Of a stretch of DNA of 64,000 nt, positions 50,961 to 64,000 are shown piece by piece. Every line of letters starts with the position of its first letter. The stretch's first letter is position 1. Where the stretch lies: NCBI GenBank assembly GCA_013265495.1, contig MU058000.1, positions 2,666,001 through 2,730,000 of the forward strand, read 5' to 3'. The translations under genes were made by a program, and so were the position numbers. This stretch comes from Vicugna vicugna. Its lineage: Eukaryota. A model generated the notes under the pieces. It searched no databases and was not told where the DNA came from. It saw only the letters and a list, made by a program, of their open reading frames with translations.

Positions 50961-52239
50961 CCTACATTAAAAAAAAAAAGTGTAGGTAAAGTGCAAATCC
51001 CTTATTACCAGTGGAAGAACAAGTCAAATCAAGAGTCAACAGCATCTCTCTCACATTTTAACCTCAAATTATAAGTATTTGTTAGCTTTTAGGAAAGCAT
51101 AGAGGCAAATCCAAAGAATTAGAACAAATTCTAATCATTCTATACAATTCTAGCGACTCCTAACAAGGTCCTAAAATAACTCTGCAGATTTTCTATATAG
51201 AGAAAATTTTAACTGAGTAGCTTTACCTAATCTTTCAGAGCTATTTTGACTCGTATTCTATAAGTATTATATAAATTAAATATTTATATATATTGTATTA
51301 CACATATTATATAAATATGTATAAATACCTATATAAAATATATACACATGTACACTCACACACACAGACGCTCAAAATGTACACAAGTAAATCTCTTCTT
51401 GGGTTTCTGTTAGTAACAGATCTACTATGTTCCAGCTGTAAAAAATATCCTTCAAATTCTCCAACTGAAATAAAAACTAAAATAAAGCTAAGTGTTCTAG
51501 AACAGGATCAAAGAATGCACCAAAGCTTTCGAAGACCATTAAGTTGAATTGAATTGAATTATTTAAATAATATTACCCCCCTCAAATCAACATTTTTTTC
51601 TAATATATATTTTAATATTCACTCAAATGTCTACCATATCATAAACATTGAATAAGAATAAGCAAGCCCTACACAAAGTTTCAGATTAGTACTTTTCTCT
51701 CCACAGTGTGATTTTTCTGAGGGACAAATAATCACTCCATTCCACACCAAATTTCCTTTGAACTTTTTAGCAGTCTGCAGTTTAAGGCATGGGAAGCTAC
51801 AGATTAAATGTAGCTACCAGTGGAAAGGACAGTGTCTGACTCTTACAAAAATACTAAAATAATCATTTTGTTAGCTTGTGTTTTTGTTTCATCAGAGCAG
51901 TTTAAGAAGACAATGACGTTACACAAATTAGAACAGATAGATTTTGATTAGAGAAGGGAAGGTTAAGGTGTAGCGTCTAAAGAATTGTGAAGCATTTTCC
52001 AAACTGGCCTGCTTAGCTAATAGATTTCACAAGGGCACTGAACAAGCAATTGACAAGCAAAAGAAGGATGCAAGTGTTTTTAGGAGAGAAAAAAAAAAAA
52101 CACTGAAAAGAAACTTAGTGCACTTTTCTATTTCTCTCATGGTTGAAGTACTTGAAAACTTATCTACAAGAATGTGACCTGAGCTTAAAGAGACCAGCTT
52201 TTTCACCTTAGGAAGAACTGTCTAAAATATAATGTGATC

Positions 52240-52590
52240 TACCGTATCCTGTGACCTGAATCCCCAGAGGCTAAAGCTCAGGCTTTAGCAATAAGAAAAC
52301 TCATTTTACAATGGAAGTACTTTGAACACAGAGACCAAAGCTTAAAGACTTAATCATGACTCTGTGGAGCCCCAAAATCTGACTCAGGATTCTGACTCGC
52401 AGACCCATTCTTTTCCTTGACGTAACAAGGCTCTGGAAGATGACAGAGCCGCAAGATAAAAGGAATCTGAGTCCTGAATCACCCCCTGGAGAACAAATAA
52501 CTGACCTGAGTTGTTATGGTGGACTGTTATTCGAGTAAGGAAATAAAAAATTATATTTTTTGAGTCATAATAGTAAAGCCTACTGTAATA
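52240..52590 (+). mobile_element. Old MLT1-like MaLR LTR fragment
   Basis: gatgacagagccgcaagataaaaggaatctgagtcctgaatcacccc..ggactgttattcgagtaaggaaataaa; 5' boundary uncertain. Confidence 0.55.
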
Positions 52591-53650
52591 ACATATCAGA
52601 AAATGCTAAGTATTTGTGACTAAAATTTCCTCGAGTTTCCAAAAAAAACCTCACAGGCATCCTTCAAGATTTAGCTTAAAGGCAACATCCCACAATCCTC
52701 CACAGTTAATTATACCTTTCTTTGCACTCAGTGTTTTGTGAATGTCTCTATTGTACCTAACTGCGAAACAAATGATTACCATATAGCTTTACAGCCACTG
52801 ACTAGATCCAGAGCTCCTCAGGAGGAAAGACATTTCCCCATCCAACTACATCCTCTCTTGCAGCTTACTGATGCTCACCAAGGGCCTTTTGAAAGAACTT
52901 ATGGTTACGTAGCTCATAAGACATGATCGATTGCATAAGGTTTGGGTAGCCTGTTTTCTTAATTTGAATACTTTCTTTTTAGTAGTCATTATTACATTCC
53001 AAAGCTTTGATCCAATTTTCTTTCACGTAAATCTATAAATTGACACGCCGCCCAGATTGATACAAATGGAAGATTTAAGTACGTTGAACTCTTGTTTTTC
53101 CTTAATAATGTTTTAGTTTAGAAATCACTTGATATGGAAAAGTTTTTGTTTGTTTATTTATGTCTTTTTTTTTCCATAGTTGAGAATTAGAAGGGGGCAT
53201 CTGATTTCCAATAAAATTTTTGAGATCTTGGTTGATGGATTTAAATTATAATCCATTTTCTAGTCACTCTCATATCTTCTTTGGGGAAGGTGGGAGGAAT
53301 AGAATCTGTTTACCTCTGTTTGCTAACTTAGCATCATAATACCGCATTCCATCTTACTCTATATTCATGTTGACATCATGACTCAGAATTAAGCTCAGGA
53401 CTCCTAAGAAAGAGTCCCTTAGAAGGTTATTCTTAAGAGTACCATGAGAAAAGAACATATTTCAAATATGATCATTAGAAAAGTTTGAGTGGATAAAAAG
53501 CTTCGCCTAGAGAGGAAGTTCCTACAGAGACATCTGCAGTATATAGGACCATTGACAGGCAGCCAGCCACTGAGACATGGTGAGGTGGAGAATTCTCTTT
53601 CTGAGTAAAGGCCAATGACACGAAACTTTTTGTTTATTCAGTTTATCATA

Positions 53651-53671
53651 TGATGATGATGATGATGATGA
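53651..53671 (+). repeat. (GAT)n microsatellite
   Basis: Directly visible. Confidence 0.9.
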
Positions 53672-54861
53672 CCATTGCTAGTGGAGGGGAAGATAGTCAG
53701 TTTTAAGATACCAGACTTAGGTAACATTCTCTTATTGTTCAGTTGACTTCCTTGTTTCAGAGTAAGTGCTTCTCCTCCACCTCCATCATTAGCAGATGGG
53801 ATCTCTTCTAAATCACGACCAAAAGAAAAAAACTGTATTTTGAATTAGTTCCTAAGGTGCTATCTGTAAATGTAACATAGATTATTTGACTTGAAACTTC
53901 TGCAGTTGTGGGTGGCCACAGAACTACTGGTAGTGCCCCATGGAAAATCAGATGGTTTAGGATCAAGATGGAGTCTCTTCCCTGTTGAGACTCCAGTCTT
54001 TTGAAATTTAGCTGTAAAGTATTGTTAGAAATTATTCTAGATCAGTTGTAATTAACTCATGTGGATGTGATTCACTGTCATACCTCATGTCTTACTCTGT
54101 TCATGGGAAACTCACTCTTTGTTTCCCATAATATTTCAAGAGCACATTTCACAAACTAGGCTTTAAGCAATCCTCCATAGAAATATGTTTTGTTTTATCT
54201 TCCTTTTCTCTCTGCACATGTGGGCAGGTGTGTGAATGCTTACTTGTGGGCCCTTCCCCCTAACCGGTGACACTCTTCTTCCCCTAATTCAAGAGCGCTT
54301 GTTCTGTCTCTTCTCTGGATGGTGATTAAGTGTTTTCTCCCTGAGCAGGTAGCTCATTAAGGCAGATTGCTTTTGATTCATGGACAGGATTCCAAGAGAC
54401 TTTATGAACAAGAAAACAGAAGAACATTTCACCTTGTCTTCATCAATTAAATGATTTATTAACAAAGCTTGCAACTATGTGTGATTACTACCAAATGCAA
54501 TAAGACAAGATTTTTAGTTCAAACAGAGATGCTTGCATTCCTGTGAAATAACCTTGTAACTTCTTTCTCCTGAAACCCTCTAGAGTCAATATTCCTCTTA
54601 GGATCTGCTCTCTTTCTGCCACATCTCAATCTAAAGGAAACCTTTAGGGAAATACGTTAAGAAATGTTCATAACCTCTTGGGACACTGCTTTGTAATTGC
54701 TTGTCTAGGTGTAAAATCTATTGGCTTGTTCCTCACTGCGTCTCAGGTACCACACAGTCCGGTAGTTAGCAAGCACTAGTTGAGTGAATGGAAACAACAA
54801 ATGTCTTCTCCTGCACTTGGGTTGTCCTTTCTCATCTGGGAGATAAGACGGAGCATGATTC

Positions 54862-56193
54862 CACGAAATTGGAACTGCTCTGCAAATAAAGTGATCCAGG
54901 CATTTGAGGAGAGGAGCGGTACGTCCCATACTTTTATTTTGTAGCTAAGAAACTGATCTCTGTATTCTTCCCCGACTTGAAGAGTGCTCCTCCTATTAAG
55001 TGGAGAGTTGGACTGAGTTTCCCTAAGCTGAGCTACATAAAAATTTGTTTCCTCCCAGTTCTAACCAGCCTTAGCTATACTGCAAGTCTTTATCATAACA
55101 CATAAAACTAATACTCTTAAAAATGTAAACTTGCTTACCAAGAAATGTGTGTGGATTTAAAAATCCTACTGTTTAAAAAATTATTCACAAATTTGACTAA
55201 AATTATTTTTTCCCATTTTTAAAAAACTCTGGATGTCTGTTTGAGACCATTTCAGTTCAATTTATCAATGGAAAAAAAGTATTAATAAAAATTTTCCGGA
55301 GCCCATCTTTTCCTCTATAGCCAAACTATAAATTTCACCTGGATCACTGACTTTAAGTGAAATACAGAACAGTAAGGGAAGAAAAGCAAGAGCAATGAAG
55401 AGAGAGTATCAGGATGCTTATAGCTCCTACGAGGATTCTTGCAAGGAGCCAGGGGAGCCACTGAAGGAAAATTAGGAGCTGTCCAAATGCATTTTGGCCA
55501 ACAGTATACCGGAGCATCCACGGAATGACACGAAATTGGAACTGCTCTGCAAATAAAGTGATCCAGGCATTTGAGGAGAGGAGCGGTACGTCCCATACTT
55601 TTATTTCGTAGCTAAGAAACTGATCTCTGTATTCTTCCTGACTTGAAGAGTGCACCTCCTATTAAGTGGAGAGTTGGACTGAGTTCCCCTAAGCTGAGCT
55701 ACATAAAAATTTGCTTCCTCCCAGTTCTAACCAGCCTTAGCTATGCTGCAAGTCTTTAGCATAACACATAAAACTAACACTCTTAAAAATTTAAACTTGC
55801 TTACCAAGAAATGTATGTGGATTTAAAAATCCTACTGTTTAAAAAATTATTCACAAATTTGACTAAAATTATTTTTTCCCATTTTTAAAAAACTCTGGAT
55901 GTCTGTTTGAGACCATTTCAGTTCAATTTATCAATGGAAAAAAAGTATTAATAAAAATTTTCCAGAGCCCATCTTTTCCTCTATAGCCAAACTATAAATT
56001 TCACCTGGATCACTGACTTTAAGTGAAATACAGAACAGTAAGGGAAGAAAAGCAAGAGCAATGAAGAGAGAGTATCAGGATGCTTATAGCTCCTACGAGG
56101 ATTCTTGCAAGGAGCCAGGGGAGCCACTGAAGGAAAATTAGGAGCTGTCCAAATGCATTTTGGCCAACAGTATACCGGAGCATCCACGGAATG
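54862..56193 (+). repeat. Direct tandem duplication of unique sequence, two ~666-bp copies (54862-55527 and 55529-56193)
   Basis: Copies aligned by eye at about 98% identity (about 11 substitutions and one 1-bp indel); duplicated peptides in the ORF track. Confidence 0.97.
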
Positions 56194-56387
56194 CATTCAA
56201 TTGAAATACATCTATTAAGAGAAAGTACTTTTCTGTCCTGCTCCCAACATCAGCTTCCTCTGTGATGAAGTTCCTGGTCCGAAAGCCTATGCCGTGCTCC
56301 TGAGTGCAGACCATTTTGTTCTGAACTGAACTGTTTCTTGTTTCCTTATGGGTGGGAGAATGAAAATGGCTTCTTTGTGTGGTCATC

Positions 56388-56836
56388 TGTGTTTGTTTAT
56401 TAGAGCTGTCTTACACAAACCGGGAGGCTTAAACAACAGAACATTATTGTCTCACGGTTCTGGAGGCTAGAAGTCTGAGGTCAAGGTATCAGCTGGGTTC
56501 ATCCCTTCTGAGAGCTATAAGGGAAGAAGCTGTGCCCAGGCCCCTCTCTTTGCTTGTAGGTAGCCATCTTCTCCCCTGTGTTTTTACATCATCTTTCTTC
56601 TATGTAGGTCTCTTTCTTGGCATGTGGCATTCTTTTTCATAAATTAACCGGTAATATTAGATGAGGGCCCATCCTATTAACCTCATTTTAATTTAACTAA
56701 ATACATCAGCAGTGATTCTATTTCCAAATCACATCATATTCAGAGGTACTTTAAACACATACATTGATGGTGGAGGGAGAGGCAGGTACGAGGGATTAAG
56801 AATTTCAATGAATGAATTTGGTGTGGGGACGTAACA
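56388..56836 (-). mobile_element. MLT1 (MaLR) solo LTR
   Basis: ggcttaaacaacagaacattattgtctcacggttctggaggctagaagtctgaggtcaagg; TSD-like tcatc/tgatc. Confidence 0.9.
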
Positions 56837-56949
56837 TGATCTACTTCCTCAATATCATGCTGCCTCTCCTCCCCTGCTTCCCCACTCTTGGAAGGTCACA
56901 CCAGTCAAGACCTACCCAAGGGAGTTGATGCCTGAGGCGTTATATTCGT

Positions 56950-57070
56950 TGGTTCTGGAAGCACACCATCTGGATTTGCATCCTGGCATTGTCACTTCCT
57001 AGCTCTGTGACCTGGGTTTCCTCATCTATAAAAGAGAGACAGCAGCATTATCATGTTAAGTGCCTAGCTG
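56950..57070 (+). mobile_element. MIR fragment
   Basis: cacttcctagctctgtgacctgggtttcctcatctataaaa. Confidence 0.7.
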
Positions 57071-59299
57071 CTTTGCGAGTGTTACACTTCTACATATTTA
57101 TTAAAAAAAATTTTTTTTGAAGAAATAAACTGCTTTCCAAGTACAAGTAGTCATCCAGACACATAACAGTCCCCTTTATTATATGGCGGGGAGGCCGGGT
57201 TCAACTACTGAATGGTTTTGATAATGAGATTGTCTCAGCTTAACTTCCAGCCCCAGATGCACTTAATCCAAAAGAGTCTCAATTCAGAGCTGTATATGTG
57301 ACTATAAAACCAGTGGATTAACAGATGATTTTTTTCATCCATTTGAAACGCAGTGTAAGATTTATTAAGAAGCACAAAGACAGCCTCTGTAAACAATTCT
57401 TAGATGTCTATGCACGTATATTCCAAAGGTATGGATGACCTACCGCAGTACACAAAGCGTAAATCCATTCCCTCAGGTTCTGGAATCGTTTGCTTTAGAA
57501 CTATAAGCCCAAATGACATGGGGATTTTTGTAAATTCTCTAATGTACTTTACTTACCCTTTTAAATTCAGTCTTTAAAATCTAGCCATATATTATGTTTA
57601 CAGAATGGCTCAATTCTGAATCTGTCTAATCTTTGAGTAGTGCTAATTTAATTTCTATAATTTCATATATTTGAATTCAAGTTTTCTTAAAGTGGGACTG
57701 AAATTTAAAATGCAGCCAGGAAGATGAGATTTGATTCTATAAACAAATATATGTTGGGGAACTACTATGTGGCAGGTGTTGAAGATACAGGTCGATGAAT
57801 AGATTAAAAATATAAAAATGGATCGAATTTTCTGCCCATCCGTCTATATTCATTCGCATGTTCTTGCACACTGGGTGAACGTGATGGTCTTCCCATTATA
57901 GAACCGGAGGTTAGCATTGCGAGAAGGAAGGTCTTTAAATAGTGTCTTTACGCCTATGATAACATAGGGCACAGAATCAAAAACATCCTGGCAAATTGAA
58001 AGCATTTTAATAAAACCTGAAGGTAATCCTGGCATCACTTTCTCCAAAACTTTGTATTATGTTGCTGTTTATTTTTTTCCCTAGTAAGATTGTAACTCAA
58101 GCTAAAATTATAATTATTAGTTCTTAAATCATAGCAAATTGTAGGTATAAAACACACCTAGAATGTGATTTCCCTACCATTTTGCCTTTTGTTTTATTTA
58201 TAGTTTTCACTTCCTAAGCTATGAAGACATTTATAATTAAGAATCTCAATCTTCAGAGTTTAATCAACACATTTGACATATTTTATGTCTGAATTGTTTT
58301 CTCTGCCTGACTTAGATTGTATGCCTTTAGGGTAAGCACTGCATCTCTGATGATTTATATAGTGCTGCATACTTGGTGTTCAATAAATAATAAACAATAA
58401 AGAAAGATTGCCTAACAAAGTTACAGCTCCCATGCTGAGGACAAATTGGCTAAATGACTCAGAATTACTTTTCTTTTATATTGGAAAGAAATGACTTAAC
58501 ATATCTTCTTTGAATGGAGTCATGTTTTCCGTTTTAATATCTCAAGTTCATCCAGTTGTGTGTACTCTCTTACTCTCATTTGAAGCTTTAAATCCAGCTT
58601 TAAGCTCATTTTTTAAATACTATTATCTTATTGAATATGTACTCTTGAGTAAGATTTAATAAGAACAGCAGTGAATTGGCAAAGGACATCCTTTAGTTCA
58701 TCAGCTGAGCACAGTATAGGCAACAACATTTGGAGCAATTCCAGATTAAACTTATGTAATGAAGGTGAAAACACTTCATTTTCACGTACCTTTATTTCTG
58801 GCTTTCATATACATTGCCTTTCAGATCACAAACTGTTCAATCTTTTGTACCGTTATCTATGTTCAATTCTTTGGCATTTCATAGATCAAGGGTCCCTCCA
58901 GGCTGTCGAATTGGAGAAGAACATCCTTATGTTCCTTGCCTCATTGTGACATCCAGCTAGGTTCAAATTTGGTGGAAGAAGAAAATCTTGAAGCTGTGAT
59001 AGGTTGTCTTGTTCAGTCCCACATCAGTGTCTCTGACAAGTGTTTTCTGTGTGGGCCCCTCTTTCCACTTCTCTTTCTTCTATAACTTTCTTATCTTCTC
59101 TAACAGGTTACCCCTCATTATTCTTGTTTCAGAATAAAGTTGAGTACCTTCAGGAGAGTACCCCACCACTTCTCCCTTCTATGCTACAGTACTCTGGTAT
59201 CGATATCCCTTGGTACCAGAGTACTAAATTGGTTCTCTGGTATCAATACCCCTAGTTCCTGTAATTCCCCAACATTGCATTCATTTGATTCACCATTAA

Positions 59300-59440
59300 T
59301 TACTTGACATGGATTTTGTGACCAGATAATAAATTCCAGAAAACAATGAACTTCCTGAATTAATCACTGATGGACCCAGAACACCAATCTCAGTGCCTGG
59401 CACATGGCGTTCCTTCAACAGAAATTTTCTGAATGAAAAC
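59300..59440 (+). mobile_element. L2 3' terminal fragment
   Basis: cagtgcctggcacatggcgttccttcaacagaaattttctgaatgaa. Confidence 0.6.
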
Positions 59441-62400
59441 AATGTTTCATTGTTTGACCTTTCAAGACCTTACACAAGAAGATTACATACTGTGGTAGCA
59501 AAGTTGTTAAGGTTTACTTCTGAATTTGGCTGGTAAACCATGGAGAGCACTTCACTCTCACAAATGGCTTTGAGACTCCATCAGGATCTGATACTGATCA
59601 CGTGCTTTCCTTGAGCAAACCTAATATACCAATACAAAAGGTTGTATAAATTTTCATACCGGCTGAGCATTTCTAGGTTTTTAATCTGGTAAAGTTAACT
59701 TTGATTTTTCCATACAAATGATTTGAGTTTATAATGTATTTACGTTTTCCGTCAGAAAAAAAAGAAGTTCATTAACTATCTCCATTTAGACTTAGCACAA
59801 TCTGAGAACAATTCATCACAATGGTTTCTTTCTGTTCTTTTGGGTGACCCCTAGAATAGGTTTGTGCATGTTGAGAGCAAGGACTGTGAAGATTAGAGGA
59901 GACGGCTGCAGAAGGTTAGGGAGAGAGGGCAGAACCTAAAGTCAGGAGCTGGTGAAACTCAAGAGGAAAGAGCTCTTCTACCTGCGGACAGAGTGTCAGC
60001 TACAGTATTGAAATGGGCACACGCTCAGTAATCCGCCAGAAGACAGACTCACTACCAAGAGGGACCTGGAATGCCAGGACAATAAAAACACAGGTGCGTA
60101 ATCGGCAGAATCCTGTGTCAATTTTAGTATGCTTTTGTTTCTTTGCTTGTTGGTTTTGGTGAATCAGTAAATTTCTGAAGGCCACCGGAAGTTCTGAAAC
60201 AGTTCTAAATATGTAAATAATTTATGAGAAAAAGAACAGAGTTGCCATAATAATTGATAATTAAGGATGACATATGATCAGGATCCTTTCACTCCTCATC
60301 CAGACCTGAAGATTTTCAGGAATTTAATCTCATTTGTTGATTTTTAATTTTTTTTCTGGAACCCAAAATCTAATATGGAAGATCAGGTAAGTATATTATC
60401 CCAGGAGGTATGAGAAATTGTATGTCTATTCATCTTTAAAAAATCTTTAAGAAATCTAATTTGATTTATTTACCTTAAAGGAACATCAAATTGTCACAGG
60501 GCTTTCTGTAATCTGAACCACCTGTTAAAAAAAAAAAATGTTAAGCACAGCTTTAACATGAAAAAGCTTTCACTAATGTGAGAGTATGAATAATCCAAAG
60601 ATTTAAGCTACTTGAAAATAATACATGTCTTGCACTTAGCCTAATTTTAGCCCATCAAACAGTTATTTTAGAAGAAGAATCCATGTTTGATTTATGGACC
60701 ATCATGATTTAATAATAAAATCAAATTTGAAAGTATTAAAAAAAAAAAAAACTGGAAAGCAACTGGCTGGTCCAAGTATCGTAAAGATTTGCTCTTTTAT
60801 TCCCCCATCCTAAAATGTTAGTCTTGTTTGAAATCAGTCGGGAACTTTTTCCCCTTCCTCTCTTCATTTTATTCCCTGATTGACAAATTTCACTTGCCAT
60901 TATTCTCACTAAAATGGTGTAAGGTTAACCCCTTGAGAGCTGTATTTGAATGGAGATATTAACTTGTACATTCACATTGCTTTCATGATCATTAGCTACG
61001 CTGAGAAAAATTCAAAGGGTAAGATATTCAATTATCTTTAGATGGTCCCTGCTTTCTGTTAATTTAAATCATTAAACATCAAACATTTATGGTCATGGTT
61101 CTAATGTGTTTCAAGGACATTATGAGTGTAGGGTATTTGAGAGCCTAACATGTGGGCACATGCATGTTAAAATATGAAATATGTCCTTGAATTTCACTTT
61201 ATTGTGCAGTCTCAATCTTTGTACCATTTCATATCACTTCACAATATTTAATATTGTATGTTTGCAAAGCAAAGACTGTTTCTGAATAATCCTGTAATTC
61301 CAGTTTCACAGGAAGATGCAGTTGGAAGAAAAGTTAAACCTTAGACTAATTACTTTGAGGTATAACAGTAGTTTAGATTGTTCCAGGAAAATAGTTATTC
61401 TCCGGAGGAGTAACAGCTTCCAGAAGGCTGAATGCGAGGCTAACCAAGCATAAAGTCTTTTATTTTTGGTCTTCCATGCACTTGGGAAATGGAACTGGTT
61501 ACTTTAGCAGCAAAGTCCTTTTTAAACAAATCAACTCTGAAGGAAATTGAGACACCCAAGTGCTATAGATGGAATCTAGGGAGAATGTTCAAGTTCAGGG
61601 GCACCGGAATTCTTCGTGTGAGATCCATTATTCTACCATGATTAAGGCAGTTCATTACTAATTAGAGGAGTGTGTTCTTAGGTGATCAATGGAGGTGAAA
61701 GAGTTTTTTCTTTCTTCCTAGAATTAGCTTCCTAATTAATAAAAGTGAATTTTAAATTCGCCTTCTGAGGCGCTCTTTTGTTATCTGTTGTTTATGGAAG
61801 AGTCTGGCAGACATGCTTGTTTCTCGGCATTGAAATGTAAATGAGAGGGATTTGCATAAGTGGAATATTAGTTCCTCTGCTGATTATTTTTCTACATTTC
61901 TCCTTTTCTGTGTATCATTCATTTCTGTTATTTTAATGATAAGTAATGGTAAGTAACGCTAAGTAACTTTTAGGCAGAAAACAACTGTCTGCTATTTTTT
62001 GACCTCAGAGAACAGGCTAAAAATATGTTCCTATTAAAATAGTATTAGACCAGACTTTGCTTTAATTTAACCACAATATGTTCTTTGAACAAGAGTCATA
62101 TTCAGCCACAAAAAAAGCTTGACATACAGATAATATATTGCATTACAAAGAGTTATACCTTCATTTGAAAGTAACTAGACTTTATAAAGTAGTTTTTAAC
62201 AGCAAAGTATGATTTTTGAGGGGCTTAGTATTACCAACTATCTTAAAATATAGAAGTTTGAAATAGTATTTATTTAAAATTTCAAGTGGATATTTCATTC
62301 AGACTGTGCATCTCAAAGATAATGGATATTTCCTTTAAAATAAACAAACATCCCAATCGAAATTTCACTACCATATTGTTTATTTTTCGCTCATGGCAGT

Positions 62401-62818
62401 TGTTAGGAGTCAGGTTGTTTCTCTCAAAATTTATACGTTCAAATCTTAACCCCCTTTACTTCTAAATGTGACCTTCCTTGGAGATAGGGTCTCTGGAGAT
62501 AATTAACTTGAAGTGAGATCATTAGAGTGGATCCTAATCCAGTTATGGCTGATGTCTCTATAAAAAGAGGAATAAAGACAGAAAAATGATACACATAGAA
62601 GAAAGATGATGTGAAGACACAGGGAGAAGATGGCCATTGAGTAGCCAAAGAGAGATGCCTGGAACAGATCTTTCCTTTAAGGCCCTAAGAGGGAACCAAC
62701 CTTGCTGGCCCCTTGATCTCAGACTTCCAGCCTCCAGAACTGAGAGACAGTAACGTGCTGTGTGTAAGCCTCCCAGCTGGTGGTATTTTTGTTACAACAG
62801 CTTTAGCAAACTAATAAA
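62401..62818 (+). mobile_element. MLT1 (B-like) MaLR solo LTR
   Basis: aatgtgaccttccttggagatagggtct..gtgaagacacagggagaagatggcca..cagacttccagcctccagaactgagaga..gcaaactaata. Confidence 0.92.
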
Positions 62819-62984
62819 GCTTATTTACTGCCAAGTAATTTGTTTTCAATCAAAATGTTTTAAAACTATCCCTTAAGTGTCAATTAATTATGCTCTTCAG
62901 AACTTGTAATGCTTTTTAGATGCAGAGGAAAGTCACTGAGAGTAAAGGGCTTAAAGATCCAACACACCCATCCTCCCATCAGTG

Positions 62985-63145
62985 AGGCTCTGGGTGATTG
63001 TTCAACTTCCCTGTGTCTCAATTTCATCATTAATAAAATGGAAATAATAGTGGTTTCTAACTCATGAGAGTGGTTGTGAGGATTAAAATAGATAAAATAT
63101 ATAAAGTACTGTAATGTGTGTGGCCTCTAGTTAGCACTCTATAAA
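62985..63145 (+). mobile_element. MIR SINE
   Basis: tgtctcaatttcatcattataaaatggaaataatag..ggttgtgaggattaaa. Confidence 0.8.
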
Positions 63146-64000
63146 TTTAGGGGTCATGAAGGTGACAATTTACCTATGCAAATTACTATTGAAGTTGGAG
63201 TCATTGTGAAACATAACCAGAAATCTAATGTATTTCTAAAAATTAAGACTTGCAAGTCTACTACATCCCGCGGCATAGACCTTAATAATACTTGGCACCA
63301 CGTTATGACTTCAACCAAAACTCCCCTAAAGCTTTCTTCTTTGAACAATGTGTATGAGTCGCGCATCATCCTGCAAGATCTTAAGAAGAAAAGATGCTCA
63401 GTTAGCCATCGTAATGATGGGACACTGAGGTCTAGTTAGAGAGAGAACATATGGATACACATGGCTCTAATCCAAAGGAATAATTCCTACTGCAAGAGAA
63501 ATATAGCTGAAGGTGAATTCCACACCTGGATCGTACAATTGCCCCTCACCTGTAACAGCATCCTGACTTCCCTACTCTTATCTATGCTCCCCAGTGAAAG
63601 CTTTTCTAAGTCTCATTACCCCATGCTCAGATCCTTCAGCAAGTCATCCTTTTGTGGATTAATATAATCGTTCACCAAGTCTTTACTTACAGCTTCATGT
63701 ATGTCAGGTTTTGTGCTAGGCTCACCATTTAGGCATGTGGGGTGAAAGGCCAAGGGAGGGGGCTGTGTTTAGTACACTCCCCTTGAGAGATTTGTGCATG
63801 CTTTCTCTCTTTAGAAACTACGGAAATACTGGGACACAGGAAAGTGTTTCCTAGGTGACCCCTGACAGATTTAGCCCCATTTGTTTATGTTTGTAAGGAA
63901 GCTGTGCTCACTTCAGTCATTGCACTTAATCATCCTAGATTATGGCGAATTCACAAAGACTGTCTACTCTGCCACATTCTCTAATATTCAAATTCTTATA

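Noticed and set aside
54705..56386. Repeated ORFs as a duplicated gene family
   Set aside because: They arise from the tandem duplication and show no recognisable domain or coding signal.
1..64000. CRISPR array, operon or other prokaryotic system
   Set aside because: The sequence is mammalian, with no regularly spaced repeat-spacer array and no long ORFs.

Overview
AT-rich, CpG-poor mammalian non-coding DNA (gene desert or large intron) with no intact protein-coding gene recognisable. Two tRNA-Ala-headed SINEs of the Vic-1 type point to a camelid. Most of the identifiable content is interspersed repeats: young and old L1, L2, MIR, MaLR/ERVL/ERV1 solo LTRs, and hAT MER elements. Almost all listed ORFs are spurious or repeat-derived. 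Three features stand out. (1) A heavily decayed, apparently intron-containing SCAN-domain C2H2 zinc-finger (ZSCAN-type) pseudogene on the minus strand at about 5.2-7.7 kb. (2) Two independent 5'-inverted (twin-primed) L1 insertions about 1 kb apart, both broken at the same L1 position, the ORF2 stop codon next to the internal purine tract. (3) A 667-bp direct tandem duplication at 54.9-56.2 kb with very uneven divergence between the copies. There are also several small template-switch-like signatures and candidate enhancers and exons. Repeat subfamily names come from recalled consensus sequences matched by eye, and boundaries of old repeats are approximate. I found no well-supported novel biological system.
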